Assembly: GCA_024228555.1 (NCBI GenBank)
Contig: JAAETI010000304.1
Location: 6,229-70,228 of the forward strand
Length of the DNA stretch: 64,000 nt
Source: a bacterium
GTDB taxonomy: Bacteria > Actinomycetota > Acidimicrobiia > Spongiisociales > UBA5794
Reading direction: 5' to 3'
Shown: positions 30,230 through 40,568 of the stretch, piece after piece
Numbering within the stretch: position 1 is the first letter of the stretch
How the letters are laid out: every line of letters begins with the position of its first letter
The notes under the pieces: model-generated
The model's input: the letters and a program-made list of their open reading frames with translations, nothing else
Databases searched by the model: none
Told to the model about the DNA's origin: nothing
Program-made: the position numbers and the translations under genes

Positions 30230-31779
30230 TCTCGTGTTCCGTTCACGTCCTGGCCGGCGGCCACCCACTGCGACCATGTCATGTCCTGCTTGTTCCATGC
30301 AAAGGCTTTGCCGCTTGCCTTCAGATAGGTGTTGTCCTCAAACCGGTTGTTGCGATCGGTGAACACGGAGCGGTCATCCATATCTTCGACAAGCCCTGTC
30401 TGGCCGGTGTTCATGGTGATGGTGTTGTGGTGTACCCACAGGTTGCTGAGGGAGTAGGGCCCGCCGCTGTCACGGTCCTTGCCACGGTCCTGTTGGATAG
30501 CGGTGATCCCGTCGGCATTGCCGCTGACCACGTTGTCGCTCACCTCTACGTCTGCAGATGCGGCGACCAGAATCCCGCCCCCCCACAGCCAGGTTGAGTG
30601 GGCAAACCCGTTGTTGGTAACCGTGTTTCCGCTGATGAGGGCATCGTATGAGATCTCGTGGAAGATGCCGGGTCCGGTGTTGTCATAAACCGTGTTGTTC
30701 AAGTAAGTGGTGGCGTATGCATCGATGTCGGTCCATAAACCGGGGCCCAGATTGTTGTGCACTGTCGTCTCGCGAATAGTGAGCCCGACGGTCCTGGTGA
30801 ACTTGGTGCCCCCCGCCTCCCACCCTCTACTGAAACCGCGAATGTTGTTGTTGGCGATATCGCACTGTTCAACGAGGATGTCCTCGCCCCGGCTCCCGGC
30901 CAAACCCAGTTGCCCGTTGTGGTGGACCGAGGCCCGCCGAATGGTCGTCGCCATTCCTGTTCTGATGCCTGCTCCGTGGTTGAGTCGAACCTCGACGTCT
31001 TCGATCAGCCAGTTGGACCCAAAGTCGCCGCCGCCCGGGAGTTGGGACTGGATGGCGCCTTCCTGGGCCCGCACTGCGTACTTCTCGACGGTGAGGTCCC
31101 TGATGGTGACGTTGTCGGCATCGCTGACAAATGCGTATTCGGATATGCCGATCTCGACGTTGCGGACGGTTGGGTCGTCGAACACCACAATGGTGGTGCC
31201 ATCCGACCACCAGGTACCCGCGCTGAGGTCGCTGCGATCGTCGACCCGCCACAGCATGGCGTCATCCATGAAGAGGTCATTGCGATATACACATGCTTCG
31301 TAGTCATCCTGGCAACTCCCGTGACCGTCCTGGTCAATCGCGATTGAAGTGGTCGACCAATGGTCGCCGTCGGCGCTGAGATCGTCCACAGGGATTGCAC
31401 CGTTGAGGACGGCACCGGGTTCGCCTGCAAAGACCATGCCGTCCTTGGGTCGGATCTGACGAGAACGGTGGATCCCTGGGAGCAAGGAGAAATGTGTCCC
31501 AGGATCGGATTGCTCCACAAGCTGGGCGATGTCGTCGCCGGGCGATACCACGATCTCGATGATCGGTGGCGGCTCGGTCGACTCGGTGGTCGGTGCGGTG
31601 GTCGTGGTGGTGGTCGTGGTCGGTGTTGGTGCGGTGGTCGCCGACGTGGATGAGGTTGCAGGAGGAAGCGTGCTGGGCCCGGGGGTTTCCGCGGTGACCT
31701 CCGGGCTGCATGCCGCAAGAACGACTGCAGCGGCCGCCATCATGATGTGGAGTCGGCACAGCCGCAATGGCACTCGCAA
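30226..31779 (-). CDS. Lipoprotein with right-handed parallel beta-helix domain; start uncertain
   Basis: Lipobox VLAAC, Thr/Pro linker, repeated N..GI / NN.V..N beta-helix turns. Confidence 0.82.
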   Translation of the reverse strand: MRVPLRLCRLHIMMAAAAVVLAACSPEVTAETPGPSTLPPATSSTSATTAPTPTTTTTTTTAPTTESTEPPPIIEIVVSPGDDIAQLVEQSDPGTHFSLLPGIHRSRQIRPKDGMVFAGEPGAVLNGAIPVDDLSADGDHWSTTSIAIDQDGHGSCQDDYEACVYRNDLFMDDAMLWRVDDRSDLSAGTWWSDGTTIVVFDDPTVRNVEIGISEYAFVSDADNVTIRDLTVEKYAVRAQEGAIQSQLPGGGDFGSNWLIEDVEVRLNHGAGIRTGMATTIRRASVHHNGQLGLAGSRGEDILVEQCDIANNNIRGFSRGWEAGGTKFTRTVGLTIRETTVHNNLGPGLWTDIDAYATTYLNNTVYDNTGPGIFHEISYDALISGNTVTNNGFAHSTWLWGGGILVAASADVEVSDNVVSGNADGITAIQQDRGKDRDSGGPYSLSNLWVHHNTITMNTGQTGLVEDMDDRSVFTDRNNRFEDNTYLKASGKAFAWNKQDMTWSQWVAAGQDVNGTRE

Positions 31780-32098
31780 GATGCCCCCTTGATCCTTTTG
31801 GCCTTGCCCTGTAGCGGTCACGCTAGCACTGCAGCGACTATCCAGGATTGGCCCGAGTCCTTATTGACTCAGAGGTGACTAGTGATAGCCAAGATATACG
31901 CTCAGTTGTGCACTGAACGCCGAGCGTGAACGAGGGTCCCCGCGACGTCGTGTGACACTACCTCCAAATATCTCAATAGATTCGGGCCCTTCTTGGGGGT
32001 AACTAGATACTTCGCTCGTCTCGTGAATGGGTCTATCACACTTCCCTGCGGCTTCTATCCTGGTGTTGGGCTGATAATCAGATATCCAGGGGGCTGGA

Positions 32099-32818
32099 AT
32101 GCTGCAGGGTAGGAGCAGAGGGGCGTCATCGCCCGTCGATGTTGTTGATCGTTCGAGGGTAGGCAGGACAGAGAGAAGCGAGCCGTTTCTCCGCGTTGTC
32201 CCGGAACCGCGACGTGTTGGTGGATACGAGCGTTTTGTGAAACCAGGTCTCGATCGACTTGGCGGAATCGTGCTTTCGGTGATCACGTTGCCGATTCTTG
32301 CGGTCGTTATTCCGATGATCTGGGTGAAGCTGGGGCGACCCGCCATATTCAAGCAGCAGCGCATTGGGCGTTCCGGCGAGGAGTTCACGCTCTACAAGCT
32401 GCGCACCATGAAGGAAGACCGACGGATCCGTGTTGTTGGATTCGACGGTACGGACCGTCGAATCAACCACAAGTCACCCGACGATCCCCGCCACGTGCCT
32501 CTTGGTCGCACCCTCCGCAAGTGGAGTCTTGATGAGATTCCGCAGTTCTGGAACGTTGCCTTGGGGCAGATGAGCCTGGTCGGGCCACGTCCAGAGCTGC
32601 CGCATATTGTTGCCCGCTATGAAGATTGGCAGCACCGTCGCCATGACGTGAAGCCAGGCGTTACCGGGTTGTGGCAGGTGTCGGAGCGGGGCGACATCCC
32701 AATGCACCTTGCGACCGACATCGACGTCGAATATGTTGACTCGCTGAGCTTCCGCAAAGACCTGCGGGTGCTTCTGCTGACCGTGCCGGCGGCGCTGGGC
32801 TCGCAAAAGGGCTACTAG
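32099..32818 (+). CDS. Priming undecaprenyl-phosphate sugar-1-phosphate transferase (Bac_transf, PglC/WbaP C-terminal type)
   Basis: FKQQRIG, YKLRTM, DPR, LRKWSLDEIPQFWNV, MSLVGPRP, KPGVTGLWQV. Confidence 0.93.
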   Translation: MLQGRSRGASSPVDVVDRSRVGRTERSEPFLRVVPEPRRVGGYERFVKPGLDRLGGIVLSVITLPILAVVIPMIWVKLGRPAIFKQQRIGRSGEEFTLYKLRTMKEDRRIRVVGFDGTDRRINHKSPDDPRHVPLGRTLRKWSLDEIPQFWNVALGQMSLVGPRPELPHIVARYEDWQHRRHDVKPGVTGLWQVSERGDIPMHLATDIDVEYVDSLSFRKDLRVLLLTVPAALGSQKGY

Positions 32819-32949
32819 TCGCCGCAGCTACCAAGCAGATCCATGACTTCGATTGCTCACGGTTGACGGTTTGGTGACCGGCGTGGGCTATTTGGGCGGA
32901 CCGGGCTGAAACGGACCGCTAGCCTCGGCGAAACTCAAGCAGGAGCTCC

Positions 32950-33714
32950 ATGACCTTCCCGGAAAAAGCGCCAGTTGTTGGTGTGCCCATCTCGCTCACG
33001 TCCTATGAAGGGGTCTTTGAGGCCATCTCGAATCGACCGTCTGATAGCGCGACCGTTGTTGCAGTATGCAATGTACATTCGGTCATGTCGGCTCGGCGCG
33101 ACCCCGATCTGATGGTCGCGATCGGTGGGGCGGAGATTGCCACGCCGGATGGCGTCCCCATCGTCTGGGGATTGCGGAGCACCGTCCGCAGGGAGCAGCA
33201 GCGGGTCTATGGGCCCGAGCTGATGAGATTGGCGATGGTCCGTTCCGAGGAACTCGGTTGGACGCACTACATCTACGGCAGCACTCCGGACACGATCGAG
33301 CAGCTAGAAGCAGCCATTGCAGGCTTTGCCCCCAGGGCCCAGATCGCCGGGTCGGAATCGCCACCGTTTCGCGAGATGACGGAGGCGGAGACTGAAGCCT
33401 CGCTCACCGCGATCCGCACTAGCGGTGCCGACGTGGTCTGGGTTGGGCTGGGCATGCCAAAGCAAGAGCTATGGATGCATGAGATGCGCGCAGCACTGCC
33501 CGGTGTGGCCGTGATCGGCGTCGGTGCCGCGTTCGACTTCATTGCCGGCACCAAGAAGCAAGCTCCTGAGTGGATGCAAAAGGCGGGTTTGGAGTGGCTA
33601 TTCCGGTTTGTGCAGGAGCCACGCCGGTTGTGGCGTCGCTACCTGTGGAACAACCCCTCCTACCTTGTACTATTGGGCCTTCAGGTGCTGAAGAGCAAGC
33701 TCAGAAGAAGCTAG
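32950..33714 (+). CDS. WecB/TagA/CpsF family glycosyltransferase (GT26)
   Basis: PDGVPIVW, RVYGPEL, SPPFR, WVGLGMPKQE, GVGAAFDF, APEWMQKAGLEWLFR..EPRRLWRRY. Confidence 0.94.
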   Translation: MTFPEKAPVVGVPISLTSYEGVFEAISNRPSDSATVVAVCNVHSVMSARRDPDLMVAIGGAEIATPDGVPIVWGLRSTVRREQQRVYGPELMRLAMVRSEELGWTHYIYGSTPDTIEQLEAAIAGFAPRAQIAGSESPPFREMTEAETEASLTAIRTSGADVVWVGLGMPKQELWMHEMRAALPGVAVIGVGAAFDFIAGTKKQAPEWMQKAGLEWLFRFVQEPRRLWRRYLWNNPSYLVLLGLQVLKSKLRRS

Positions 33715-33736
33715 GGCTTCCCGAGAAGGGAAGCCC
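33714..33736. terminator. Hairpin between convergent genes
   Basis: gggcttccc-gagaa-gggaagccc; no clear U tract. Confidence 0.55.
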
Positions 33737-33745
33737 CGATCTCGG

Positions 33746-35461
33746 CTACGGCGTGTAGCTGCCCGTTGTGTCGTGGCCAATGTCCTGCCAACCAGAGAAC
33801 GAATGGGTGTGGGCTTCCCAGTTCCAGTCCACATCGCCGACATAGTCGTTGTTCTCCCAGCGGTTGTTGCCAGGTTCGTAGATCGCCTGGCTGCCGATGT
33901 CCTGGGCGGCGCCGCTCAGACCGCTGTCCACGATGACGTTGTCGTGTACGTAGTTGTTCTGGGCCAGGTACTTGCCGTACTCACCACTCCCACGGTCTTG
34001 CTGAGTGATGGTGATTCCGTTGTGGTTGCCCTCTAGGTAGTTGCCGTAGATCTCGACGCCCTGTGATGAGGCAATAACGATGCCGCCTCCCCACAGCCAC
34101 TGGGCGTGCCCAAAGCCGTTGTATCGGATGGTGTTGTTGCGGATGATCCCGTCGTACCCGATCTCATGGAACAGTCCGTTGGCAAAGTTGTGCTCAACGA
34201 GGTTGTTCTCGTAGATGATCCCGATGTTGTCGTGGTCTGTCCAGAAGCCCGGCCCGTGGTTGTGGTGTGTCCAGTTGCCGCGCACAGTGAGGTTTGTCGT
34301 TGACCAGAACTTGGAACCACCCGCTTCGAATCCCCAGTTGTAGTCCTGCTCGAAGTTGTTGTAGGCAACCTCGTTGTTCTCGATAAGGCCATTGACAGAG
34401 TGCGGCACATTGATACCGAGTTGGTAGTTGTGGTGGATGTTGTTGAAACGCACCGTCGGCGTTCCCGACGAGAGCCGCACCCCAACCGCTGCATTGTGAT
34501 GAATGTCACATCCTTCAACGGTCCAGTCGCCGCCGTCGGCGTCGATGGCGCCGCGTTGCTTGTTGGAGTCGTAGTTACGGATCTCCAGGTTGCGTAGCAG
34601 CACATCATCCGCGGACCCATCGAAGGCGTAATCCGTTGTGTCATTCCCATCGAGCACGGCGTCATTGGCTCCGATGAACTGTTGGCCGTCGCGGGGCTTG
34701 ATTGTCTGGCGATTGTGGGTGCCGTGGATCATGAAGACTGTGCCCTCAGGGCTGTCCTTGGCGAGATCTCCAATGTCGTCACCCGGGTAGACGTGCTTGT
34801 CGATATCGACTTCTTCGAATCGTGGGGGAGGGTTCATCGGGACGAGTTTTTCGGCTCGACCGATCAGTGTCGCCATCTCGTCGCGTCGCAGCAGAGAGTT
34901 CGGGCAGTAGCGACTGTTGACAGGTGGGTTGCAGCCCGCGGTGACACCGGCCTTGCGCAGACGGTTGATCGCATCCTCGTGGATTGAGGATTCGTCATCG
35001 ACGAAGGAGTCGGTGGACGTCGATGGATAGCCGTAGCCACGGACCAGGAATGATGCCATCTCGGCTCTGGTCAGGCTGCGGTCCGGACAGAACTTGCCGT
35101 CACCGCATCCCGATGTCACGCCGGCGGCTGCAAGTTTGTTGATGTCGCTCTCGAATATCGAGTCGCCGTCGTCGGTGAACCAGTCTTTGCCGCCGTCGCT
35201 GGTGAGGTCGAGGGCTCGGACCAGGAACGCGGCCATCTGGCCGCGGGTGACCACCCGGTTAGGGCAGTACTCGGAATTGAATGGTGGGTTGCATCCCGTG
35301 GTGATGCCCGCGGCAGCGATTGCCTCGATGTACCCCTCGTGGATGTTTTGGTCGTCGTCGGTGAAAGATCCACCGGGATTTGCTGCTTGGGCTGCCGGGA
35401 TTGCAACGAGTGTTGCCGAGGCAACCGCGGCGACAATAAGTAGTCGTGAGAAGGTGCGCAT
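33746..35461 (-). CDS. Secreted protein: three N-terminal SLH-like repeats + right-handed beta-helix domain
   Basis: Signal peptide ending AQA; TRGQMAAF/TRAEMASF/RRDEMATL repeats; beta-helix domain paralogous to 30226-31779. Confidence 0.85.
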   Translation of the reverse strand: MRTFSRLLIVAAVASATLVAIPAAQAANPGGSFTDDDQNIHEGYIEAIAAAGITTGCNPPFNSEYCPNRVVTRGQMAAFLVRALDLTSDGGKDWFTDDGDSIFESDINKLAAAGVTSGCGDGKFCPDRSLTRAEMASFLVRGYGYPSTSTDSFVDDESSIHEDAINRLRKAGVTAGCNPPVNSRYCPNSLLRRDEMATLIGRAEKLVPMNPPPRFEEVDIDKHVYPGDDIGDLAKDSPEGTVFMIHGTHNRQTIKPRDGQQFIGANDAVLDGNDTTDYAFDGSADDVLLRNLEIRNYDSNKQRGAIDADGGDWTVEGCDIHHNAAVGVRLSSGTPTVRFNNIHHNYQLGINVPHSVNGLIENNEVAYNNFEQDYNWGFEAGGSKFWSTTNLTVRGNWTHHNHGPGFWTDHDNIGIIYENNLVEHNFANGLFHEIGYDGIIRNNTIRYNGFGHAQWLWGGGIVIASSQGVEIYGNYLEGNHNGITITQQDRGSGEYGKYLAQNNYVHDNVIVDSGLSGAAQDIGSQAIYEPGNNRWENNDYVGDVDWNWEAHTHSFSGWQDIGHDTTGSYTP

Positions 35462-35572
35462 TTGGGCACCCTACATCGGCCGGCCGCACCACGGGCTAAG
35501 AAGAAGTTAAGAGTGTGCCATGAAGAAAGCGCCGTGGCACGACCCGTACTAGTTAGTTCTACCTAGTCAGTT

Positions 35573-36949
35573 CTACCAGGCGTCCGAGGCTCTTGGGGTG
35601 ATCTCATGTCCGGTGCCCATGCCTTCATAAGTCAGGCCGGCGGCACGCACCCGGGCGGGATCAAAGACGTTGCGACCATCGATCACGAGGTTGCCGCGCA
35701 TCTTTGAGGCCACTTCCTCGAAGTCGAGGTGGCGAAGCTCATCCCACTCTGTGACAAGAACTAGAGCATCGGCACTCTGTACGACTGCATATGGATCGCT
35801 GCTGGTTTGCAGGTCTGGCAACTCAGGGATCTGCTTGACGAGCGGATCGTAGGCCCTGACGATGGCGCCCCGGTTCGCCAACTCCTTGGCGATTGTGATG
35901 GCTGGAGCATCGCGAACATCATCGGTCTCCGGCTTGAACGCAAGTCCGAGCAACGCGACCCGACTGCCCCGAAGCGGGCGTAGATGCTGCTGGAGCTTGG
36001 TGATGACACGATGGCGCTGCTTGAAGTTGACAGCCATCGTGGCCTCGAGGAGTGACGGATCCTGGCCATGGGCCCGAGCAGTCGCGGCGAGCGCCTCGAC
36101 ATCCTTGCCGAAGCATGAACCACCCCAACCGACACCGGCCTGGAGGAACTGTGCGGAAATCCGGGAGTCGAGGCCCATAGCTCTCGCAACCTCTTTGACG
36201 TCCGCGTTCACCCACTCGCAGATCTCTGCGATCTCATTGATGAAGCTGATCTTGGTAGCGAGGAATGCGTTGGCCGCGTACTTGATCGTTTCGGCTGTGG
36301 ATCGATCGGTTTTGACGAGGATCGGATGATCGGTCGCCCGCCCGCCGGGGAATGCCTGCTTGAGGATGGGGTCATAGGCGGCAGCGACGGCGTCGACTGC
36401 CTCGGGGTGGGTGCCTCCGAGCACAATCCGCTCCGGATGGAGGAAGTCACGCACAGCGCTCCCTTCGCGGAGGAACTCTGGATTGCTGACAACCGAAAAG
36501 ACATCGCTGTCGACGTCATCCCCGAGCACGTTCTCGATCGTCGAGGTGAGCCAGTTGCCGCTGCCGACAGGCACAGTGCTCTTGGTAACGATGACGTGGG
36601 GGGAGTGCATCGCCATTCCAATACTCTTGGCGGCTGCAGTCACATTCGTGATGTCCGGGTGACCACCCTCACCGGGAGGGGTGTCTACGCACAGAAAGAC
36701 GACCTCTGAGTTGGCCATGGCCAACTCATAGTCATCGGTGAAAGTGAGATTTCCGTTGTCGACTCCGTCGCGAAGGAGTTCGTCGAGGCCGGGCTCATAG
36801 AAATACGAGGAACCGCCCTGAAGCATCGCGAGTTTTTCTGGGTTGATCTCGACCCCGACAACCTCATGGCCTATCTTCGCCATGCAGGCGGCCACCACCG
36901 TACCCACGTACCCGCTACCGATTACTGAAATACCTGAATCTGAAATCAC
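35573..36949 (-). CDS. ugd: UDP-glucose/GDP-mannose dehydrogenase
   Basis: GSGYVG, KSTVPVG, NPEFLREG, KYAANAFLATKISF, GGSCFGKD, GLAFKP. Confidence 0.92.
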   Translation of the reverse strand: MISDSGISVIGSGYVGTVVAACMAKIGHEVVGVEINPEKLAMLQGGSSYFYEPGLDELLRDGVDNGNLTFTDDYELAMANSEVVFLCVDTPPGEGGHPDITNVTAAAKSIGMAMHSPHVIVTKSTVPVGSGNWLTSTIENVLGDDVDSDVFSVVSNPEFLREGSAVRDFLHPERIVLGGTHPEAVDAVAAAYDPILKQAFPGGRATDHPILVKTDRSTAETIKYAANAFLATKISFINEIAEICEWVNADVKEVARAMGLDSRISAQFLQAGVGWGGSCFGKDVEALAATARAHGQDPSLLEATMAVNFKQRHRVITKLQQHLRPLRGSRVALLGLAFKPETDDVRDAPAITIAKELANRGAIVRAYDPLVKQIPELPDLQTSSDPYAVVQSADALVLVTEWDELRHLDFEEVASKMRGNLVIDGRNVFDPARVRAAGLTYEGMGTGHEITPRASDAW

Positions 36950-37260
36950 TGTCGTCCCCTTTGCCCCTGGTCGTGAGCTCTCGATCTGGCAGACGAGAGT
37001 CAACCATCAATACAACGCGGAGTATACAAGTGGGAACCCAGAGTGAGCGGTGTGGTAGCCGCCTCGTACCAATTTTGGGTTACAGCAGACTCGGCGTGGT
37101 AATGACCTGCCAGATTCAACGTCACCGACGGTTTTGTGCGGTGCACTAGCCAAGGTGACCAGTCGCAGATTAGCGGGCTGGCCCAATTTGGCATGAGGGC
37201 TAAGGTTCCACCTGCGCTGGCCGTTGCTGGCGCCGCCATTGCAGACCAACACTCTGAGAG

Positions 37261-39096
37261 ATGTGGATGTACGACTCGTACTCACAGGATTTTGAACCGA
37301 CAGTCGCGGGTGCGGCTTGGCAGTACAGATGGTTGGTGCTGTTCCTGGCCCTCGGTTTTGCCGGGCTCGGATGGCTGTTGGCGAGCAATCGCGAGGCCTA
37401 CACCGCCACTGCCGTGATTCTTGTCGAAGATCCACGTTCGTCGAACCTATTCGATGGGGGCACAGTCGGCTCGCCCGAGCGTTATGTGCGAAGCCAGGCT
37501 GAGATCATGTCGTCGTTGTCTGTCGCGCAACGAGCGAGTGAGATTGCAGCACACGCCGATCCGTCGGTGCTTATCACGGCTGACGAGATCAGCGCACAGG
37601 GCCTTGCCATTGATTCGGATGAAGACAGCAGCCTCATCCGTATTTCCTATACAGCGGAGAATCCGTCGGATGCCGTTGAGGTGGTGAACTCCGTTTCCGT
37701 CGCCTATCAAGAATTGGGTCGTGAACTGGCGATCAGTGAATATGAGAGCGTCCTTCAGGAGCTGGATCTGCTAATCGTGCAGCTGACTATCGATGGGCAG
37801 GATCTCCAAGATGAATTGCGCCGCCTTCGCACCAGCGATGCTGAGCGGCTGGCGATCCAAGATCAACTCGAGGGAGCAATTTCCCGTCTTCTGTTGCTGG
37901 AGACCACTCCACTAAACGGAACGCCGGAGGACTACGCACAGACTGCGGCAGAACTCAGCGAGATTGGGCTGCAGATAGCGACTCTTCGTGCGGCTCTGGC
38001 CAACCAGGCTGACGACCCTGCAATCCAGGTGCTTGAAGCACAGAGCACCGATGTGCAGAACCGGATCATCAGTTTGCAAGAGGTTCGCGATCAGCGTGCG
38101 GTCGATGCTCAGCTCATCAGCAGCGGAGTGGTGTTCTACGACCCGGCCGTTGAAGGAATTGCCTCCAGCGCGGCGACTCTTGTCGTTTTTGGTTTCTTGA
38201 TGGGCTCAGTGTTGGGGGCGGCAATGGCGGTGCCCTTGGCGAGACGTCGTCGTCGCTTCAGCTCTCGGATCGAACCGGAGTCCGCCCTCGGGGCTCCGCT
38301 CCTTGCCGACATCCCCTCATTCTTCGAAGAGCGTCTGTCCACCAATTTGCCTGCGGTTGAGGCATCGGCTAGCGCCGCCGCCGAGTCCTTCCGTTTCGTG
38401 GCATCCGCGATCGCCCTGCAACGCGACCGTGCCTTCGGCGACGAAGAGGGTCCCGCCTTCAAAACAGTCGTTGTCACCTCAACATCCGTTTCTGAAGGTA
38501 AGACCACAGTCATCGCCAATACCGCCTTTGCTGCTGCTCGCGAGGGAAGTCGGGTGCTGGTCATCGATGCCGACTTTGCCGACCAGGGCCTCACCAGGTT
38601 GATGGTGGGCTCCGCGATCCCCGAGGCTGGGCTTGCCGAGGTGGTGACCGGGATCGCGACACTCGATGATGCGCTGGTTTCGGTGCCGATGGAAGACGCC
38701 GGTTCGGTTGATCTGCTGCACGGCGGCAAGGTTGTCACCTCAGCGTTCGATCTGCTGTCGTCGGGCGCCGTCGAGGGCATCTTCGCCGAACTCGCCAAGC
38801 GCTATAACTTGATCCTGATCGACGGGCCACCGTTGCCGCGGGTGGCGTATTCGACAACGTTGGTGCGTCTTGCCGACCGGGCGCTCGTGGTCGTCGCTCA
38901 TGGTGAGGACATCCGCGGCACCCAGGAGTTGCGTCGTCAGCTGAACCTCATCGAGACACCGGTTATGGGTTACGTATACAACCTTGCGCCGCTACGTCCT
39001 GAGATGGCCCTTGCCGTTGGGTCGACCCGACCGTCGCGTGATCGATCGCAGGTCTCCGACGAGGTAGCTGATGACGATGAGGCAGACGACGCCTAG
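37261..39096 (+). CDS. Wzz/Wzc-like polysaccharide copolymerase/BY-kinase
   Basis: TM-coiled coil-TM; AESFR; intact Walker A SEGKTT; VIDAD; LILIDGPP; no C-terminal Tyr cluster. Confidence 0.88.
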   Translation: MWMYDSYSQDFEPTVAGAAWQYRWLVLFLALGFAGLGWLLASNREAYTATAVILVEDPRSSNLFDGGTVGSPERYVRSQAEIMSSLSVAQRASEIAAHADPSVLITADEISAQGLAIDSDEDSSLIRISYTAENPSDAVEVVNSVSVAYQELGRELAISEYESVLQELDLLIVQLTIDGQDLQDELRRLRTSDAERLAIQDQLEGAISRLLLLETTPLNGTPEDYAQTAAELSEIGLQIATLRAALANQADDPAIQVLEAQSTDVQNRIISLQEVRDQRAVDAQLISSGVVFYDPAVEGIASSAATLVVFGFLMGSVLGAAMAVPLARRRRRFSSRIEPESALGAPLLADIPSFFEERLSTNLPAVEASASAAAESFRFVASAIALQRDRAFGDEEGPAFKTVVVTSTSVSEGKTTVIANTAFAAAREGSRVLVIDADFADQGLTRLMVGSAIPEAGLAEVVTGIATLDDALVSVPMEDAGSVDLLHGGKVVTSAFDLLSSGAVEGIFAELAKRYNLILIDGPPLPRVAYSTTLVRLADRALVVVAHGEDIRGTQELRRQLNLIETPVMGYVYNLAPLRPEMALAVGSTRPSRDRSQVSDEVADDDEADDA

Positions 39097-39167
39097 CTGG
39101 AAACGCCCTTTGCTTTGCGGCTTCTATCCTTGGCGCAAGAGCACATCCAGATCACCTGTGAGGACTC

Positions 39168-40559
39168 GTGAAACGAACGCTGATCAAGCACGTACTCAAC
39201 TCGTCTGCCGTCGACGAGCCGGTGGAGGTCGCCGGCTGGGTTCGAACCCGGCGTGATTCCAAAGGGGGTTTCTCCTTTGTTGAAGTGAACGATGGTTCGA
39301 GCTTCTCTGGTATCCAGGTCATTGTTCCCGGCGAGCTCGCCAACTACGAGTCCGAGGTGCTCAATCTGACCACCGGCAGCGCCGTTGCGATCACCGGTGA
39401 ACTCGTGGAATCACCAGGTGCAGGGCAGCGGGTTGAGGTCCACGCAACTGAGGTCAAGGTCTACGGACTCGCCGATCCAGAAGACTATCCGCTCCAGAAG
39501 AAGCGGATCTCCTACGAGAAGTTACGCGATATCGCCCATCTTCGGCCGCGAACCAATACGTTCGGAGCTGTCGCCAGAGTGCGCAACGCCCTGGCGTACG
39601 CAACCCACAAGTTCTATCAGGAACGTGACTTTCTCTATCTCCACACCCCGATGATCACCTCGAGCGATGCTGAGGGGGCGGGGGAGATGTTCCAGGTCAC
39701 CACTTTGGATGTGGGCGCACCACCCCGCGTTGATGGGCAGGTCGATTACTCAAAGGACTTCTTTGGCAAGCCGACCTTTCTTACCGTGAGCGGTCAGTTG
39801 TCTGCCGAGACCTACGCCAGTGCGCTCGATCGGGTCTATACGTTTGGCCCGACGTTTCGGGCGGAGAACTCGAATACCCGCCGTCACCTCGCTGAGTTTT
39901 GGATGATCGAACCGGAGCTTGCGTTTGCAGACTTGTCCGACAACGCCGATCTAGCCGAGGACTACATCCGCTACATGTTCCAGCATGTGCTCGACAACTG
40001 TCTCGACGACCTCGAGTTCTTCAACAAGTGGGTCGAGGAAGGGGTCTTGGATCGGCTCCATGCGATCGTCGATTCCGAGTTTCGCCGGATTACGTACACC
40101 GAGGCGATTGCCGCTCTCGAGGGTGCCGCTGCTTCGTTTGAGTTCCCCGTCAGCTGGGGAGCTGACCTGCAGTCAGAGCACGAGAGATATCTGACCGAGG
40201 TTGTCTTCGACCAGCCGGTGGTGGTTACCGACTATCCGAAGGACATCAAGGCTTTCTACATGCGGCGCAACGATGATGGCAAGACGGTCGCTGCCATGGA
40301 TGTCTTGCTGCCAGGGGTGGGAGAGATCGTTGGTGGAAGCCAGCGCGAGGAACGCCACGACGTGCTGCTCGAGTCCATCACCGAGAAGGGTCTGCCTCTT
40401 GATGAATACTGGTGGTATCTCGACTTGCGACGCTTTGGATCGGTACCTCACGCTGGGTTCGGTCTCGGGTTCGGCCGGATCGTCCAGTTCGTGACCGGGA
40501 TGCAAAACATCCGAGACGTCATCCCGTATCCGCGCACGCCAAACAGTGCCGAGTTCTAG
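39168..40559 (+). CDS. asnS: Asparagine--tRNA ligase
   Basis: [56 protein letters not shown]. Confidence 0.96.
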   Translation: MKRTLIKHVLNSSAVDEPVEVAGWVRTRRDSKGGFSFVEVNDGSSFSGIQVIVPGELANYESEVLNLTTGSAVAITGELVESPGAGQRVEVHATEVKVYGLADPEDYPLQKKRISYEKLRDIAHLRPRTNTFGAVARVRNALAYATHKFYQERDFLYLHTPMITSSDAEGAGEMFQVTTLDVGAPPRVDGQVDYSKDFFGKPTFLTVSGQLSAETYASALDRVYTFGPTFRAENSNTRRHLAEFWMIEPELAFADLSDNADLAEDYIRYMFQHVLDNCLDDLEFFNKWVEEGVLDRLHAIVDSEFRRITYTEAIAALEGAAASFEFPVSWGADLQSEHERYLTEVVFDQPVVVTDYPKDIKAFYMRRNDDGKTVAAMDVLLPGVGEIVGGSQREERHDVLLESITEKGLPLDEYWWYLDLRRFGSVPHAGFGLGFGRIVQFVTGMQNIRDVIPYPRTPNSAEF

Positions 40560-40568
40560 ATAGCGTTG

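Noticed and set aside
35549-35578. Short direct repeat tagt(t/c)agttctacc x2 at the ugd stop
   Set aside because: Only two 14-nt copies with no associated element; could be an operator or chance, not supportable
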